Shown here one piece after another: positions 27,965-41,962 of a DNA stretch of 64,000 nucleotides. The DNA is from Eledone cirrhosa (lineage: Eukaryota): the NCBI GenBank assembly GCA_964016885.1, contig OZ024745.1:54870001-54934000 (forward strand), written 5' to 3'. Within the stretch, counting starts at the first letter, position 1. Every line of letters starts with the position of its first letter. A program made the translations under genes and the position numbers. The notes beneath the pieces are model-generated. The model was not told the DNA's origin. It searched no databases and saw nothing but the letters and a program-made list of their open reading frames with translations.

Positions 27965-28420
27965 ACGAAATTGTTGGCTCACACGAATTGTGCCAAATCT
28001 AAACGAGATGATAGACACATTCATTAAATGCCACAGTTAGATCAGTGTAATTGATTAGCTTTTCAGTGTATTCTTGCACAACATTATAGTTTGTCGGTAT
28101 TGTTGTGTCGATAAATAATACGCTATTGTTCTTGTTGTCACGGAGATTGATGTCAGTCTTATTATGTTCAATCTAGTATTCTGCCTCTATGTTAAATTTC
28201 TATAGTATTTACAAGTTTAATTTTTCTGAAATAGGTACATGATCATGCGACCATAATAGAAGTTTCGTTTGGGGAAGAAGTAGATATTCAATTCTAGTTG
28301 TACATAGAATAGTTTAATTGCATCAATGTATTTCCAAGTGCATTTTGCCGGAGCTAGTGTATGATCTCCTAGGTAAATGTGATGTATTATCTCAGAAAAT
28401 GTGCAACACATACAAATATG
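27965..28420 (-). mobile_element. R4/Dong-like non-LTR fragment (CCHC and restriction-like endonuclease), decayed
   Basis: EIIHHIYLG..TLAP, then EHNKTDINLRDNKNNSVLFIDTTIPTNYNVVQEYTEKLINYTDL, a degenerate PD..D..P..K..KY RLE motif. Confidence 0.65.
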
Positions 28421-28469
28421 TTCAAGTATGTTATAAATGGATTTTGTATTCTTTTCAATACATCTAATG

Positions 28470-30420
28470 GTTTTGAGCCAGAGTAAGAACCATAATATTT
28501 AAACTCTACTTCAGTACTGGGTTTTCATTCTTATATCCGAAATAATTCACATGCTCTAGGGTCTTGAATAATCGTCTCCCCGCGCCCTTCGCTTATTAAT
28601 TGTTCAGATTTCTTCTAGCCCCCAGCACCCTTTTATTCCAGCCAATCCCCGATTATTAAATTTTGCTAATCTATCACCGGCGAAATTTTATTGTAAGTGA
28701 TTCATATTGATACAACAGAACATTAAAAGAAATCCCATATCTACGAACGCACACTATACAATTACAAATTTATCAAGCCTATTATTTGGGACCCGAGAAT
28801 ACCACCAACATCTCTTCCTCTCTGTCCATCACAACAAAACTCTCTTTTAATTACTCTCTTTGCATCTAATAAAACCAAACTCTTCCCCTCTCTATATCTA
28901 GTACGACACTGTCTCTTATCCCCCTCTCTATATATAACACTAATACACTCACCCTCCTCTATAAATATCTACACTTATCTCTCCCAATCCCCCTCTCTAT
29001 GTCATTCACTTCTAATCTCTCCCCCTCTCTATATCTACTACACGACATTCTCATATTATCCCTCTCTATATATCTACAACCACCAAATTCACCCCTTCGC
29101 TATATCTAACATACAGAACACTCCCTCAATTCAGCTCTTTACATAAACCATCTTCTAAATCTCCCACTCGCCATCTCTACCACACTCTCTCCTAATTGTT
29201 CTCTCTGTATCCCTCACAAACTCCACCCCCACTATATCTTTTATGAGAATGTCTCAACCCCCCTCTATATATTTAGTAATATTTATCCTTCCCAAAGCCC
29301 TCTACAAGCATTGACATCTACCTCTCTCTATATCCCCTACACGACTCTGTCTCCCAAATCCCCCTCTCTATATCTACCATACAACACTCTCTCATTCCCT
29401 CTCACTCTAACCTTCACATCTAAATTGTCTCCCTCTCTACATCTATCATTACTTATTTCTATCAATCCTCTCACTCCATTCATTGCCACCATTTTCTGCC
29501 CCTCTCTATATCATTTAATACTTTCTTCCAACACCCCTCTCTATATCAATTAATACCAAATTCTCCCCCTCTATATATGAACTACATGGAACTCTCTCCT
29601 ACCACCACCTCTCTATATCCATCAATGCCAAACTCACCCTTCTCTATATCTATCATACAACACTCTCTTCCATTCATTCCCTCCCACTCTATCCATCACT
29701 ACCAAACTCTCCCCCTCTCTATATCTATCAATACCTATCTCTATCAATCTTCTCACTTCATTCATTACCCCCACCCAAAAAATCTCCTCCTCTCTACATC
29801 AACCATACAACCCTCTCTTCTAATTCCACTCTACATCAAGAAACACCAAACTCCCTCTCCATGTCAATGAACATTACTTCCTCTCCCTCTCTATATATTA
29901 TATACAACCTACTCTCCCAACCACTCTCGCTATATCAATTACCACCAAATTGTCCCCCTCTTTATATCTATCATACAACACTCTCTCCTTTTCCCTCTCA
30001 TATTATCAATCACCACCAACATCTCACCCTCTCTATATCTATTAATACTTATCTCTATCAATCCTCTCACTCTACTCATAGCACCAAACTTCCCCCCACT
30101 CTATATCTACTACATGGAACTCTCTTCCAATCCCTCTCCCTATATCAATTAACACCAAACTCTCCCCCTCTATATATCTACTACCCGGAACTCTCTTTCA
30201 ATGCCACTCTCTATATCAATTAACAGCAAATCCTCCCCATCTCTATATCGACCACACGGAACATTTTTCAAATCAAAGTCTCTATATCAATAAGTATCAA
30301 TCTCTCCCCCACTCTATATCTAATATCTATCACACTCTCCCGACCTTCCTCTCTATATCACTTACCCCCAATATCTCCCCCTCTCTATATCTATATCTAT
30401 ACGTATCTCTCCCATCTATC
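28470..30420. repeat. Inverted copy of the composite repeat at 2850-4010 (flank, MITE-like part, CT-rich degenerate array)
   Basis: 28470-28800 matches the reverse complement of 3595-4010. It is followed by ~1.6 kb of ctctctatatc/caccaaactctccc repeats. Confidence 0.75.
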
Positions 30421-31557
30421 TCTATATAACATGTGCATAAATTGTAGCGCATATACAAATACATGTGTTTTAGTAGTTTGGGGAGGAAAATATAATTATT
30501 GGGTGATACATGCATCCACCAGTTCCACCACCCCTGTGTTGTGTCTCTCTTTTTCTCCACTTCATATATTATAGATTATGAATTTTGTTTCTGATACGCC
30601 GCAGCACATTAACACATAATCACATGCTATATCTACGAGAAACATTGGACAGGAAACGGTGCTGTGCGAGCCTAGCGATATTGACTCTCACACCTCTCAA
30701 ACAGACTTCAGTAACTGACGAAACGGAATTCCACCGACATTGCTTTGCTTACAATACATCCACTCGATTCGCAAGTCAATGTATGGTGGTCTGTTGAACT
30801 AGAAATCGATAAAAACAAAATCTTGGTTAAGTGCAGAGTAGGCATCCTCATTCAGACTTGTGCAGAGAGGTAGCTATATCTTATATGTCGGAGAGAAGCA
30901 GCTAATGGATATTGGATTCAGTTACGGACTAACAGCTGTTGATCGTGCCCTGTTTAAACCTGACCAGTTTGTAGCGCATGCGTTTTCACAATCTACAAGA
31001 CGGACTGGTCTCGCTAGTCAGAATTATCAATAGATCTCAACACTTAAAACATGACTGATTTTTTCACTGGAAATTGCATATTTAGCATTTTATTTACTAA
31101 ATAAAATGAACAAAAATTAATGTTAATTTCTAGGTTAACAAGTGAAAATTGAGATCCACTTCAGTCTCCTGGTCAGCTATGCAACCGCACGTACATATAT
31201 GAGTATGCATCTCCTGTGGACCAACATAAAAGCGCATATGTTAACGAACTTGAAAATTAATGGAAATGATATTGATTTTTAATTTATTTGTCAATGAATA
31301 GCAATGATATTAGTATTATTGATATCTCATAGGTTAGTAGTAGATAGTGGACCTGATATTACTTGGCACGCTTAAAGTGTAAGAATGTAGTAGTGATTCA
31401 AGTTTACCAATGTTTGATGTATTTCTTGTAAACAGGTATTGATAATTGAGATACTGTTGAATAATGGCTATCACTGAATATATATAGCAGCGAATGTGAA
31501 TAAACGAAGTTAACTTTACCCTGTTGACTTACACTTCTTATATATATATTATATCTA

Positions 31558-31597
<40 letters not shown>

Positions 31598-31598
31598 G

Positions 31599-31698
31599 GG
31601 AACAAGTATGACCCCGACGGCAGAGCTCAATCCGTTTCGACGGCTAATTCTGGACGTCGAAACGGCTTGAGCTCTGCCGTCGGGGTCATACTTGTTCC
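31599..31698. repeat. Fold-back palindrome (44-bp arms, 12-nt loop)
   Basis: ggaacaagtatgacccc...tttcgacg / cgtcgaaa...cttgttcc with one mismatch. Confidence 0.95.
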
Positions 31699-31807
31699 AT
31701 TTGCTTCTTTAGAGGACGAACAACACAACCAGGAGCTGACCGTATCAATGAATTAACAAAGTAGAACCCATTACAACATCTTGTTTTCCTATTTTTTTCT
31801 GTTTAAA

Positions 31808-31876
31808 TTCTCACTGGCTGATGAGTTCATAGTTGTTGAATAATGGCTATCACTGAAATATATATAGCAGCGAATG
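31808..31876 (+). ncRNA. Minimal hammerhead ribozyme, partly degenerate
   Basis: tcactgg CTGATGA (31818) gttcatag...ctatcact GAAA tatata TA gcagcgaat. The 3' part is duplicated at 31455-31540. Confidence 0.55.
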
Positions 31877-32015
31877 TGAATAACCGAAGCTAACTTTACC
31901 CTATGACTTACATTTCTTATTTTTACATTACTCCGGAGTAAACAAACAAGCCTGCGCACATCATTGAGTGCTCCACCTGCATACGAGGTGTCGGTAGCTC
32001 AAAATTATATATATA

Positions 32016-32072
<57 letters not shown>

Positions 32073-32092
32073 TGTATATATATATATATATA

Positions 32093-32239
<147 letters not shown>

Positions 32240-32270
32240 CACACATATATATATATATATATATATATAA

Positions 32271-33505
32271 ATGAAAAATGGCGAGCTGTGTTGTTGCAAA
32301 TATGATATATATAAAAATGAAGAATTGGAAATAGAAGCCAGGGCTATCCGTCTTCAGTTGTCTACTAGCCATCATAGGCATTTCTTCGTATTACGGACCA
32401 TATATTTCCGGCTAGGGCAATGCAATAACTAAATTAAGTTATTGGGATAAAATGAGTTGGGTGGAGAAAGAGAGAGACAGGTAAACAAACACGAATGGTG
32501 AGGCAACGTAAAGAGAGGAAAAAAAATGAGAAAATCAACTCAATAATTCATTTTGAACATAAGAACGTGTGAATATTGACGAGAAGACAAAAGACACATC
32601 TTGGCCGTGCGAATGTGAGCGAGGAAATAATTTCGTACGGTGTGGGACGATGGAGGAAGTGAGAGAGAGAGAGTGAGTAGCAGAGAGTGAGTGAGTGAAA
32701 GTGTGAGGAAGAGGCTAGCCGAGAGAGGGTGACTAGCAGAGGGGGTGAGTGAAACTAAAAGGGAGAAGGAGAGAGAAGGGGGAGAGAGAAAAGGGATAGC
32801 AGTAAGGGAAGAGAAAAAGACAGATCACAGCGAAGGGGAAAGCATATATGAATGAAAAATGACGAGCTGTGTTATTGCAAATATGATATATATAAAATTG
32901 AAGAATTAGAAATAGAAGCCAGGACTATCCGTCTTCAGTTGTCTACAAGCCATTATAGGTATTTCTTCGTATTACAGACCATATACCTCCAGCTAGGGCA
33001 ATGAAATAACTAAATTAAGTTATTGGGATAAAAAGAGTTAGTAGAGAAAGAGAGACAGGTAAACAAACACGAATGGTGAATCAGCGCAAAAAGAGGAAAA
33101 AATGAGAAAATCAAGTCAATAATTCATTTTGAACATAAGAACTTCGGAATATTGACGAGAAGGCAAAAGACACATCTTGGCCGTGCGTGTGTGAGCGAGG
33201 AAATAATTTCGTACGGTGTGGGACGATGGAGGAAGTGAGAGAGAGGGTGAGTAGCAGAGAGTGAGTGAATGTGTGAGGAAGAGGCTAGCCAAGAGAGGGT
33301 GACTAGCAGAGGGGGTGAGTGAAAGTAAGAGGGAGAAGGAGAGAGAAGGGAGAGAGAGAAAGAGGATAGCAGTAAGAGAAGAGGAAAAGACAGATCACAG
33401 CGAAGGGGAAAGCATATATGAATGAAAAATGGCGAGCTGTGTTGTTGCGTATATGATATATATAAATTTGAAGAATTAGAAATAGAAGCCACGACTATCC
33501 GTCTC
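32271..33505. repeat. Tandem repeat, ~575 bp unit x ~2.2
   Basis: atgaaaaatggcgagctgtg recurs at ~32271, ~32852 and ~33422; begins at a (TA)n tract. Confidence 0.9.
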
Positions 33506-34974
33506 CTTTTGAAGGGAGATAAATTAAAGCGGTAACTAATAGGCTCAATCAAATGCCATCATAAATAGAGTCTCTACAAATATCTAGGATGAAAACGTAT
33601 CATCTCTAAGGCACAAATAAGCATTGTAGCGTTAAGATATTCTACCTACATTTACGCCTGAAAAGATGCTGGACATATCAAAACAAGTTTTGGAACATGT
33701 GTAGCATGATTTTGTAAATATTGGACTATATCAAAACGCATAACTATTTCCACAAGATTGAATCCATTCCATAAATTTCGTCAGTTTAACAGACATACCT
33801 CACTCTACAACATACACACAGAGGCACACACACATAGAAACACACATATACATAATGTACTCTCACACACAGACACACAAACATACCTACACACACACAC
33901 ACTGCGTTTATCTGTCATATCTACTAGCTGTAAAACCTCCAATATGGAGAAACTTGGTGTACATCAGTAAATCATTGAAGAATGCTTCACCTGTCATTTT
34001 CAGCTACTTTTCTTTCAACCCAAATGAAATTTCTCAAAATCCTATCAGTTAATGCATGTATTGCTGTATAAAACTTCACGTCAACACGTCGTACCATACC
34101 AATACAAGCTGCAGCACTTACAATGATTTACAAAATACGAACCACTGAGTGCTATCAAACTTTATATAGAAAATAACAGCAGTAAAATATATATTAAAAA
34201 AATATATATATATGCATATATACGCAAGTCATTCTTCTTCATGTTTGCAAATAACATTACCCTGTTGTATGCCAATATATTCGCATTAAACATCTTCACT
34301 CAAATTCATTTTGCAGTATCTGGAATATTCTCAATCGAGATTTAGCTAGTAGTATTTCCGTATTGGAAAGCCAATATTGCCAGAATTGAATACGTATATA
34401 ACCACGGATACCTGATCCAGCAAAGCTGAAATCATGCGTAGGTTTTCGAGACTATTTTCCATAAATGTATATATTTAAATCTACAACATGTTATAATATA
34501 GCTGCAGTGACTATAATATTCTTAATAGTGTTTCAGAAATACATTCAAATCAATATAAAATATATACGATAAAAATGGATATATACATGCATAACGAATG
34601 AATAATATATGTCTTGCATTTACTAAATGTTAAATATGTGCATATAAATCTTATAATAAATTTAAATCTTACGCATATCAAACACAGAATGTAAGCAACA
34701 CATTCCACACTGGGTTACACCATATAAGCATTATTATAATCGAATGTACATTGGAAATTTTGGCCAGAATATAGATTTTTATTCGTCAATATAACTAAAC
34801 ACACTTCTATGGACAATCCTATTTGCCATTGAGCTCTTATGTAATTAAATGTATACATAAATCATTTTTCTCTCTACGTAAAAACTATTATATATATATG
34901 CCTGTATCTACGTATGCACATACATACATATATATATAGTTACATAATTGCACACACTCAAATAGACACTCACA

Positions 34975-35053
<79 letters not shown>

Positions 35054-35653
35054 TATTTATGCATAGACTCCGTACTATATATGTGTGATCAGGTCATCAG
35101 ATCTAATATAAGATATAAATGAATGCTATTTTTCATTACGCAGCTCAGCGGGCATAGACACACGGGCATATATTGACAGTTATGGCATATATAAAGACAA
35201 AAAGCACACATAAGAACATCTCATATAACACTAAGAACACTTTCTCCTAGCCACTCAAAAACATGTATACAATCTCACTAAAAATGTGTCTTTTGAAACA
35301 AGTAGGCGAGTGAAATATGTTAGATATTTTGGACATTAAAGATAAGATAGACGGTGAGCGTGAGCGAGTTATTACTGAGGGCAGTCGGGGCTCATATAAT
35401 AGATACAGGAATATATACATGCATACATACACCATACACAAACATATACTTACAAGAATACTCACTCAATTAGATATGCACATACGAACACGCATACAAT
35501 ACACACACACACACACACACACATATATGTATATATATATATATATATATACACTCGTAAAAACTCCGTTAAAATGTTGATTTTATTATGCAGCTTTTAC
35601 AAAATTAAGTTCGAAGCTTCAATCCTTGTTTCCTTGACATGATTGCCAATTTG

Positions 35654-35668
35654 TTTCTTCTTCTTCTT

Positions 35669-35702
<34 letters not shown>

Positions 35703-35842
35703 CTTCTTCTCCTTCTCCTTCTTCTTCTTCTTCTTCTTCTTCTTCTTCTTCTTCTTCTTCTTCTTCTTCTTCTTCTTCTTCTTCTTCTTCTTCTTCTTCT
35801 TCTTCTTCTTCTTCTTCTTCTTCTTCTTCTTCTTCTTCTTCT
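35654..35842. repeat. (TTC)n microsatellite
   Basis: Directly visible. Confidence 0.97.
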
Positions 35843-37257
35843 TTCGTTGCTCTGGCCATAGCTATATTTCATTTTACATGCATTCCTCTACGGGCCAATT
35901 ATTACAGAATTGTGAAATTTTGTCGACCAGCTATTATCACGTGTAGGATGGATAGGGATTTAGACCGACCACATCATTAAGATCACGGCGCCACTTTCCT
36001 TTGGCTGTAGTCAAAAGAGATTCTCTGGTGAACGCGATTAAAAAGACTGAAAATAGACACCTTCTACTTCGGCTAATCCCACATACACTTTACAAATTCT
36101 ACTTGGAAAGGAAGGTGAGAATAGAGAGTTAAGTACTGCATCCCAGTCCATATGTTTAAAATGTTGGTGAATGTAGCAAGGATTTCCCGAGTGAATAGAT
36201 CTACTCTGACTATGTTTCAGTAGATTGGAGTGTTTAGAGACAGGGAGGGCACCTTTTTTTAGTCCATGGATCCATCTTTTTATATCACGTACTGCAAATT
36301 CTAAAGAGAGATTTTTTTTAGCAATTCTTATATTTAAAAATGTTTATCAATTCTTATATTTAAAAGGTTGTACTTGAGGAAATTTAGTAGCATTTATTAG
36401 CTGGTCAAGAGAAACGTATAATAAGTCCTTCATTAACTCCTGGAGTAACAAGTAGATTTGATGGCATTTCAAAACTGCTCTCAGCTGCGAAAAATCTGTT
36501 TATTCCCCGTGTGGAATTAGCAGAGGGCCACATTATCCGGTGTGTACTTTTCAAAGACGGTGATGTGTAGTTTCAGGGATATTTGGATTCCGTGTTTCCA
36601 CGGTTGGTTGATTACGAATAGCTCTCTCAATATTGTAGGGATATTATAGTTGGTGTTTATGATGTAGGTAATGCTGATTGTAATTGGGTTTATTTCTCAT
36701 TGCTGCTCATATTATTTGCTGTTACGTAGACATTGGTCACCCTTGATTGAACAGGCACATGATCAAATTCATATCACCCATCACTATTTTTAACAGTTCA
36801 TGCGTACATACGTGGGCTGAGATAGATTTGTATTTGTCAGTGATGTTGAGGATAACTATTGATGTTCAGGTCGGTGTTTCTAAACATCATGATATAGGGA
36901 GAGGATAAATACATGACGAAACTGGTGATTAGAAGTAATAAGAAATGTGATAAATGTAAGGCAGTGAGTATGATTGAGGGGGAGAGCGAATGAGATAGAG
37001 GAAAAGAGACGCGAGAGGGATAGAAAGAGAATAAACATGGGAAGAACAAAGAGAAAACGAGAAAAGTTGATAACAGCAAACAAGAAAATTATAATAAATA
37101 ACATAAAGTTGGAAACACTCGAAACAATGGAAACACGTATGAGTCTACTTCTCTCTCTCAATCTTAGTCGCTCTCACCCCGCTTTCTCTTCCCTCTCTCA
37201 ATCTTTCTCTCTCTCTCCATTTATATACATACAAACACACGCACACACACATATATA

Positions 37258-38440
37258 CAGCGTGCGGACGGTATTTGAGGACACATGCATTTTTAGTTAT
37301 TATTTTGACTAACTTTTATTAAACTTCTATTTCAGAAAATGCCAATGAAAATAACTATGCTTACTAATGAAATGAAAATGCATGTTGTGATTGTGGTTTT
37401 GAAGGCTAAGCATAGTCATTTAGAAATTTCTCGTTTTCGGGTTGTTGCAAGATCTTTTGTCCACAAGATTTGGTGTGAGTTAGAGAAAGATGGAAGCGTA
37501 TTACCTGTATCAAAACGTTAAAAACATTCCAAACATTCTGATTCTATCAGGAGACCTGAGTTCATTCAGAAAGTTAAGCAAATCATTGATGACAATACGG
37601 GGAAATCAATGAGGTCAATTGCAAAAGAGTTTAGTGTGTCAGAAAAAAAACAATCAGTAATGTTGTGCATGAAGACATCAGATACAAATCTTACGTGATG
37701 AGGAGAGGTCAATTCAGGTCAGAATAAAAAAAACCCCAAAAAACCTTTAATCAGATCCAAAAGACTTTGGAACAAACTTCATCAGAAGATGGTGTGATTT
37801 GTTTTTTCTCAGATCAGAAAAACTTTGACCAGGACCAGAAAACTAACAGAATAAATGACAGGTGGCTGTGTGCAGAACCTTCTGAGGTTCCAAGAGTACA
37901 CAAACTTTCCTGCAAGTGTCATGGTTTTGGGTGTTGTTAGCAATAAATAACATGTGATGCCTCCTCACTTTTTTCCACAAGGCCTTAGGGTGAATGCTGC
38001 TGTGTATAATGACGTTCTGGATAAAGTTGTTAAGTCTTGGATCAACAGTGTATGCAATGGAAGGCCTTATGCTTTTTAACAACATCTACACCATCACACA
38101 AGTCTCAATTGACACAATAATGGATAACCGTAAAATTGTATGATCACATCACCCCCAACATTTGGCCTCGTAATCCTCCAGATCTTAATCCACTGGACTA
38201 CTATGTATGGAGCATCGTTGAGAAAAATGTCAATGAACACCCCCATAGTACAAAAGATTCTTTGAAAGCCGCAATACTTCGAGTCTGTCCGATATGAACA
38301 AGGACCACTTAATCCGAGCTTGTAAATTATTTCGACGCTGCATAGAGTCAGTTATTGATGCTTATGGTGGTTTTATTGAATGAAATTATAAAATTTATAA
38401 TTTAGCTTTATGTTTACGTTATTTTTATAAAAATACAGTT
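37258..38440 (+). mobile_element. Tc1/mariner superfamily DD37D (maT-type) transposon, decayed
   Basis: KSMRSIAKEFSVSE helix-turn-helix, FFSDQKNF, VMVLGVVS, WPRNPPDLNPLDYYVW. 37 codons lie between the inferred second D position and the final D. Starts ta|cag. 3' end abuts a PLE fragment. Confidence 0.85.
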
Positions 38441-38454
38441 TTTCTTTGTTATTA

Positions 38455-40300
38455 TATAACCAACGTGCCACCACACCGCTAACACCCAACTGCAACTGCA
38501 AAAGACGGGTAGAATGCCCACTAAACGTGGAGTGCCTCGTTAAAAACATTATTTACCGGTGTGATCTCACAGCTAGCAATAAAGAGTACTCCTATAGAGG
38601 TGCGACCTCCACTACGTTTAAGGAGCACTGGTATAACAATAGAAGCTCCTTTAAAGATAGGCTCAAACTATCCCAAACTAGACTGGTCGATTTGATCTGG
38701 GACCTCAAATATAGGAACATCGAATTACAGATCATATGGTCAGTCAAAAGACGCGTGGCCTAACTCCAGAGTGACTCTAGGTTATGCCTGGCCGAGGCGG
38801 CTGAGATAATTAAATTGAAATCTGCCATAAACTCTAGATCATACATAGTTATAAATTGTAGACACACCAGGTTGAACACCTTTTCTGCACAAATATTCGG
38901 CCGAGGGCCGCACACTAACCATGACTCAAGATAGTGATAACCAGATTTGCCTTGCCACACCGTCCCTCATCGCAGAGCATTCGTTTTATAACATGTAACC
39001 CTTTGTAAGTTCAGATTTTGTAAATATAATGTATGTCGCATCCATCAACCCCACCAAAAGACACATCACCATACATACATCATCTTAGTACCTTGTGTTC
39101 TCTCTGTTCTTTCTGTCAGGTTTTACCTTATAAACCATAGTAGCATCCGATCCTGTAAATATAATGTCGAACATATCACCCCATCGCCACCACCACCACA
39201 CACATCGCTATATGTCTACCATTATTCATCCACAACCTTGTTTCCTCGTGTTCCCTCTGTCATTATTTAACCTGCAATCCTTCGTAAAATTCGATCCTGT
39301 AAATATTCTGTCGCACACACCACCAACGCCACCACCAGATACATCTCCATACTAAAATAATCATTAACATCATTAACATCACCAACACATATCATCCCTT
39401 CCTCTCAGAACCACTGTGTTATATCTGTCCTCTCTGTCAGGTTTTATCTTGCAAACCACCGTAACATCCGAACATATAACCCCATCAGAACATATAACCC
39501 CATCACCACCACCTACACCACTACCACACACATCGCTATACGTTCACAGCCTTGTTTTCCCCGTGTTTTGCATGTCACTTTTTAACCTGTAACCTATCGT
39601 AAAATTCGATCCTGTATATATTTTGTCGCACACAATACCACCACCGACACCACAAGGCACGTCTCCATACTTCAACAATCATTAACACAATTAACATCAC
39701 CAACACATATCTTCCCTCCCTAAACAACACAAGTGTATGTGTTTGTGTGAAAGTATATTTATATATACAACGCGATCTCCACTGGCTCTCCCCCTCTCTC
39801 TATACATATATATATATACACATGTGTATGTATACAACGTTCTTATCAGACTAAGTGTGTCTTTGTATTTATCTCCTTATTGAATTTGACACCACCTACA
39901 CATCCATCACACCACCTTAAACACCACTACCACAAGCAATAAAACCACACCCACACCACACGCAAAAATCAGCCACAATTATAGGCCAATCTGTCTACCG
40001 ACAATCCGCCCACCCCCACACCACAGCCCAACTCAGCCTGCGACCGTCATCTTATCATCACATCCACCCCCACATGCATCACAGGCAAAAACATCTCTAT
40101 GAATTATTCCACCAATCAAAACAATCCTTATTGTCCAACATATGAACTTCTTACTTTACCATATAGCATGTATTCATTTTCTACTAGCATTGGAAGCGGT
40201 CCGTCCAGCTGCAGATTACAGAGTCGGGTAAGATCGATACAGATCGAACCTGAGCTGATCAGTGGCGAAATGCGCGTCACCAACAAATAAATGTAATGAA
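38455..40300 (+). mobile_element. 5'-truncated Penelope-like element (Cys-rich linker and GIY-YIG, Naiad-like) with long 3' region
   Basis: CNCKRRVECPLNVECLVKNIIYRC...YRGATSTTFKEHWYN..SSF...IWDLK...LCLAE...CRH. The 3' region has internal repeats and a hammerhead 3'-half remnant gcGAAAtgcgcgTCaccaa (~40265). Confidence 0.8.
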
Positions 40301-40434
40301 GGAGTAACCAATCGTCTCTATTATCTTTTCATTATAATACACTCTGCAAAGCTCTACACCTCGACACTGAAGTGAACCTAAACATCGAGTGCTCACCCGG
40401 GTGAACCTACATTAAGTCCAAGTTACACTCCCTG

Positions 40435-40514
<80 letters not shown>

Positions 40515-40845
40515 GAGACAGAATGAAGGACGAGTATATATATATATTTATATAGTCATTTGATATTGACGGGCATGGGGGTGAGGATTCAGTAACGAAG
40601 TAGAGTAAATTTAGATTTATCATGGTTAAGTGATGAGTCTTGTTACTCCGGAGCTTCACAATATCATCAGAGTAGACCCGAGTGTGTGTTTTTCTTTGGT
40701 TGCACAACGATCAATCGATCAAATAGAGCTAAAACTTCTGATGCTGCTACTACAGATATTGTTGTTGATATTGTTGCCTGATAATTCCATGACTATACAG
40801 AAGAATCTCTAGATTCCCACAACTCATCACATACTGTAATAAAGC

Positions 40846-40877
<32 letters not shown>

Positions 40878-40980
40878 ACACTGAGTTGTATGGTTCGTTG
40901 GTTATCATTCGACAAAGTTAGTTTTATAACAGATTTGAAGCACTCTACATTATTTTATTGGGAGTATTATTAATATTAAC

Positions 40981-41018
<38 letters not shown>

Positions 41019-41021
<3 letters not shown>

Positions 41022-41160
41022 TTTCTTTATTGACCACAAGGGCTGACATCAAGAAAAACATTAGAGACTGCACAGGACGGTACAAGACGGTACGATGTGG
41101 GTTTTGTGCGTGTAAATATTGTTATTATTTATATAAGAAAAGAAAAAAAAAAAGGACATA
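41019..41160 (-). mobile_element. 3'-terminal scrap of the Tx1 family in (AAT)n
   Basis: tttctttattgaccacaagggctgacat...ggtacaagacggtac matches the 3' ends at 16021 and 21881. Confidence 0.75.
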
Positions 41161-41210
41161 GAAACATATATATATATATAAACAATAATAATAATAATAA
41201 TAATAATAAT

Positions 41211-41520
41211 GTGCCTGATTGTGGATGTGGCCTGCCCATTCGACACGAGAGTGTAAGAGGTAAAAAGGATTTGGAACTGCCATTATGTCAAAGTGGTCCC
41301 GATTGTCATAGGCGCACTAGGTACTATCTCAAAAAAGTTTCCAGGGATGGTTAAAGAAAATTGGGCCCGCCCCGCCTTTTGGAACACTTGAAAAGGCATG
41401 CTTGCTGGGAACAGCAAGAACTCTCCGATACGTCCTGAATATCTGTGGCTGCAGGTAGTGGCTTGATATACATTTCAACAAACTTTCCAGTTAACTAACA
41501 TCAATGACTGAGACTCAAAG
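41211..41520 (+). mobile_element. 5'-truncated R4/Dong-like non-LTR element (RLE C-terminus)
   Basis: CLIVDVACPFD...VKVVPIVIGALGTI...KACLLGTARTLRYVL; (AAT)n on both sides. Confidence 0.8.
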
Positions 41521-41615
41521 TACAATAATGATAATAATAATTGTTTCTACTTTTGGCACAAGGCCAGCAATTACACAGTACATTACTGGTACTTTTAATA
41601 ATAATAATAATAATA

Positions 41616-41860
<245 letters not shown>

Positions 41861-41918
41861 TAGTAACACACCATACTGAGAACAATTGTTTCACCTTAGC
41901 GGATCTGCAGCTCGTATA

Positions 41919-41962
<44 letters not shown>

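Noticed and set aside
32330-32420. Type II hammerhead on the minus strand
   Set aside because: Core-like boxes and stem II are present, but stems I and III cannot be formed, and GAAA is not kept in the second copy.
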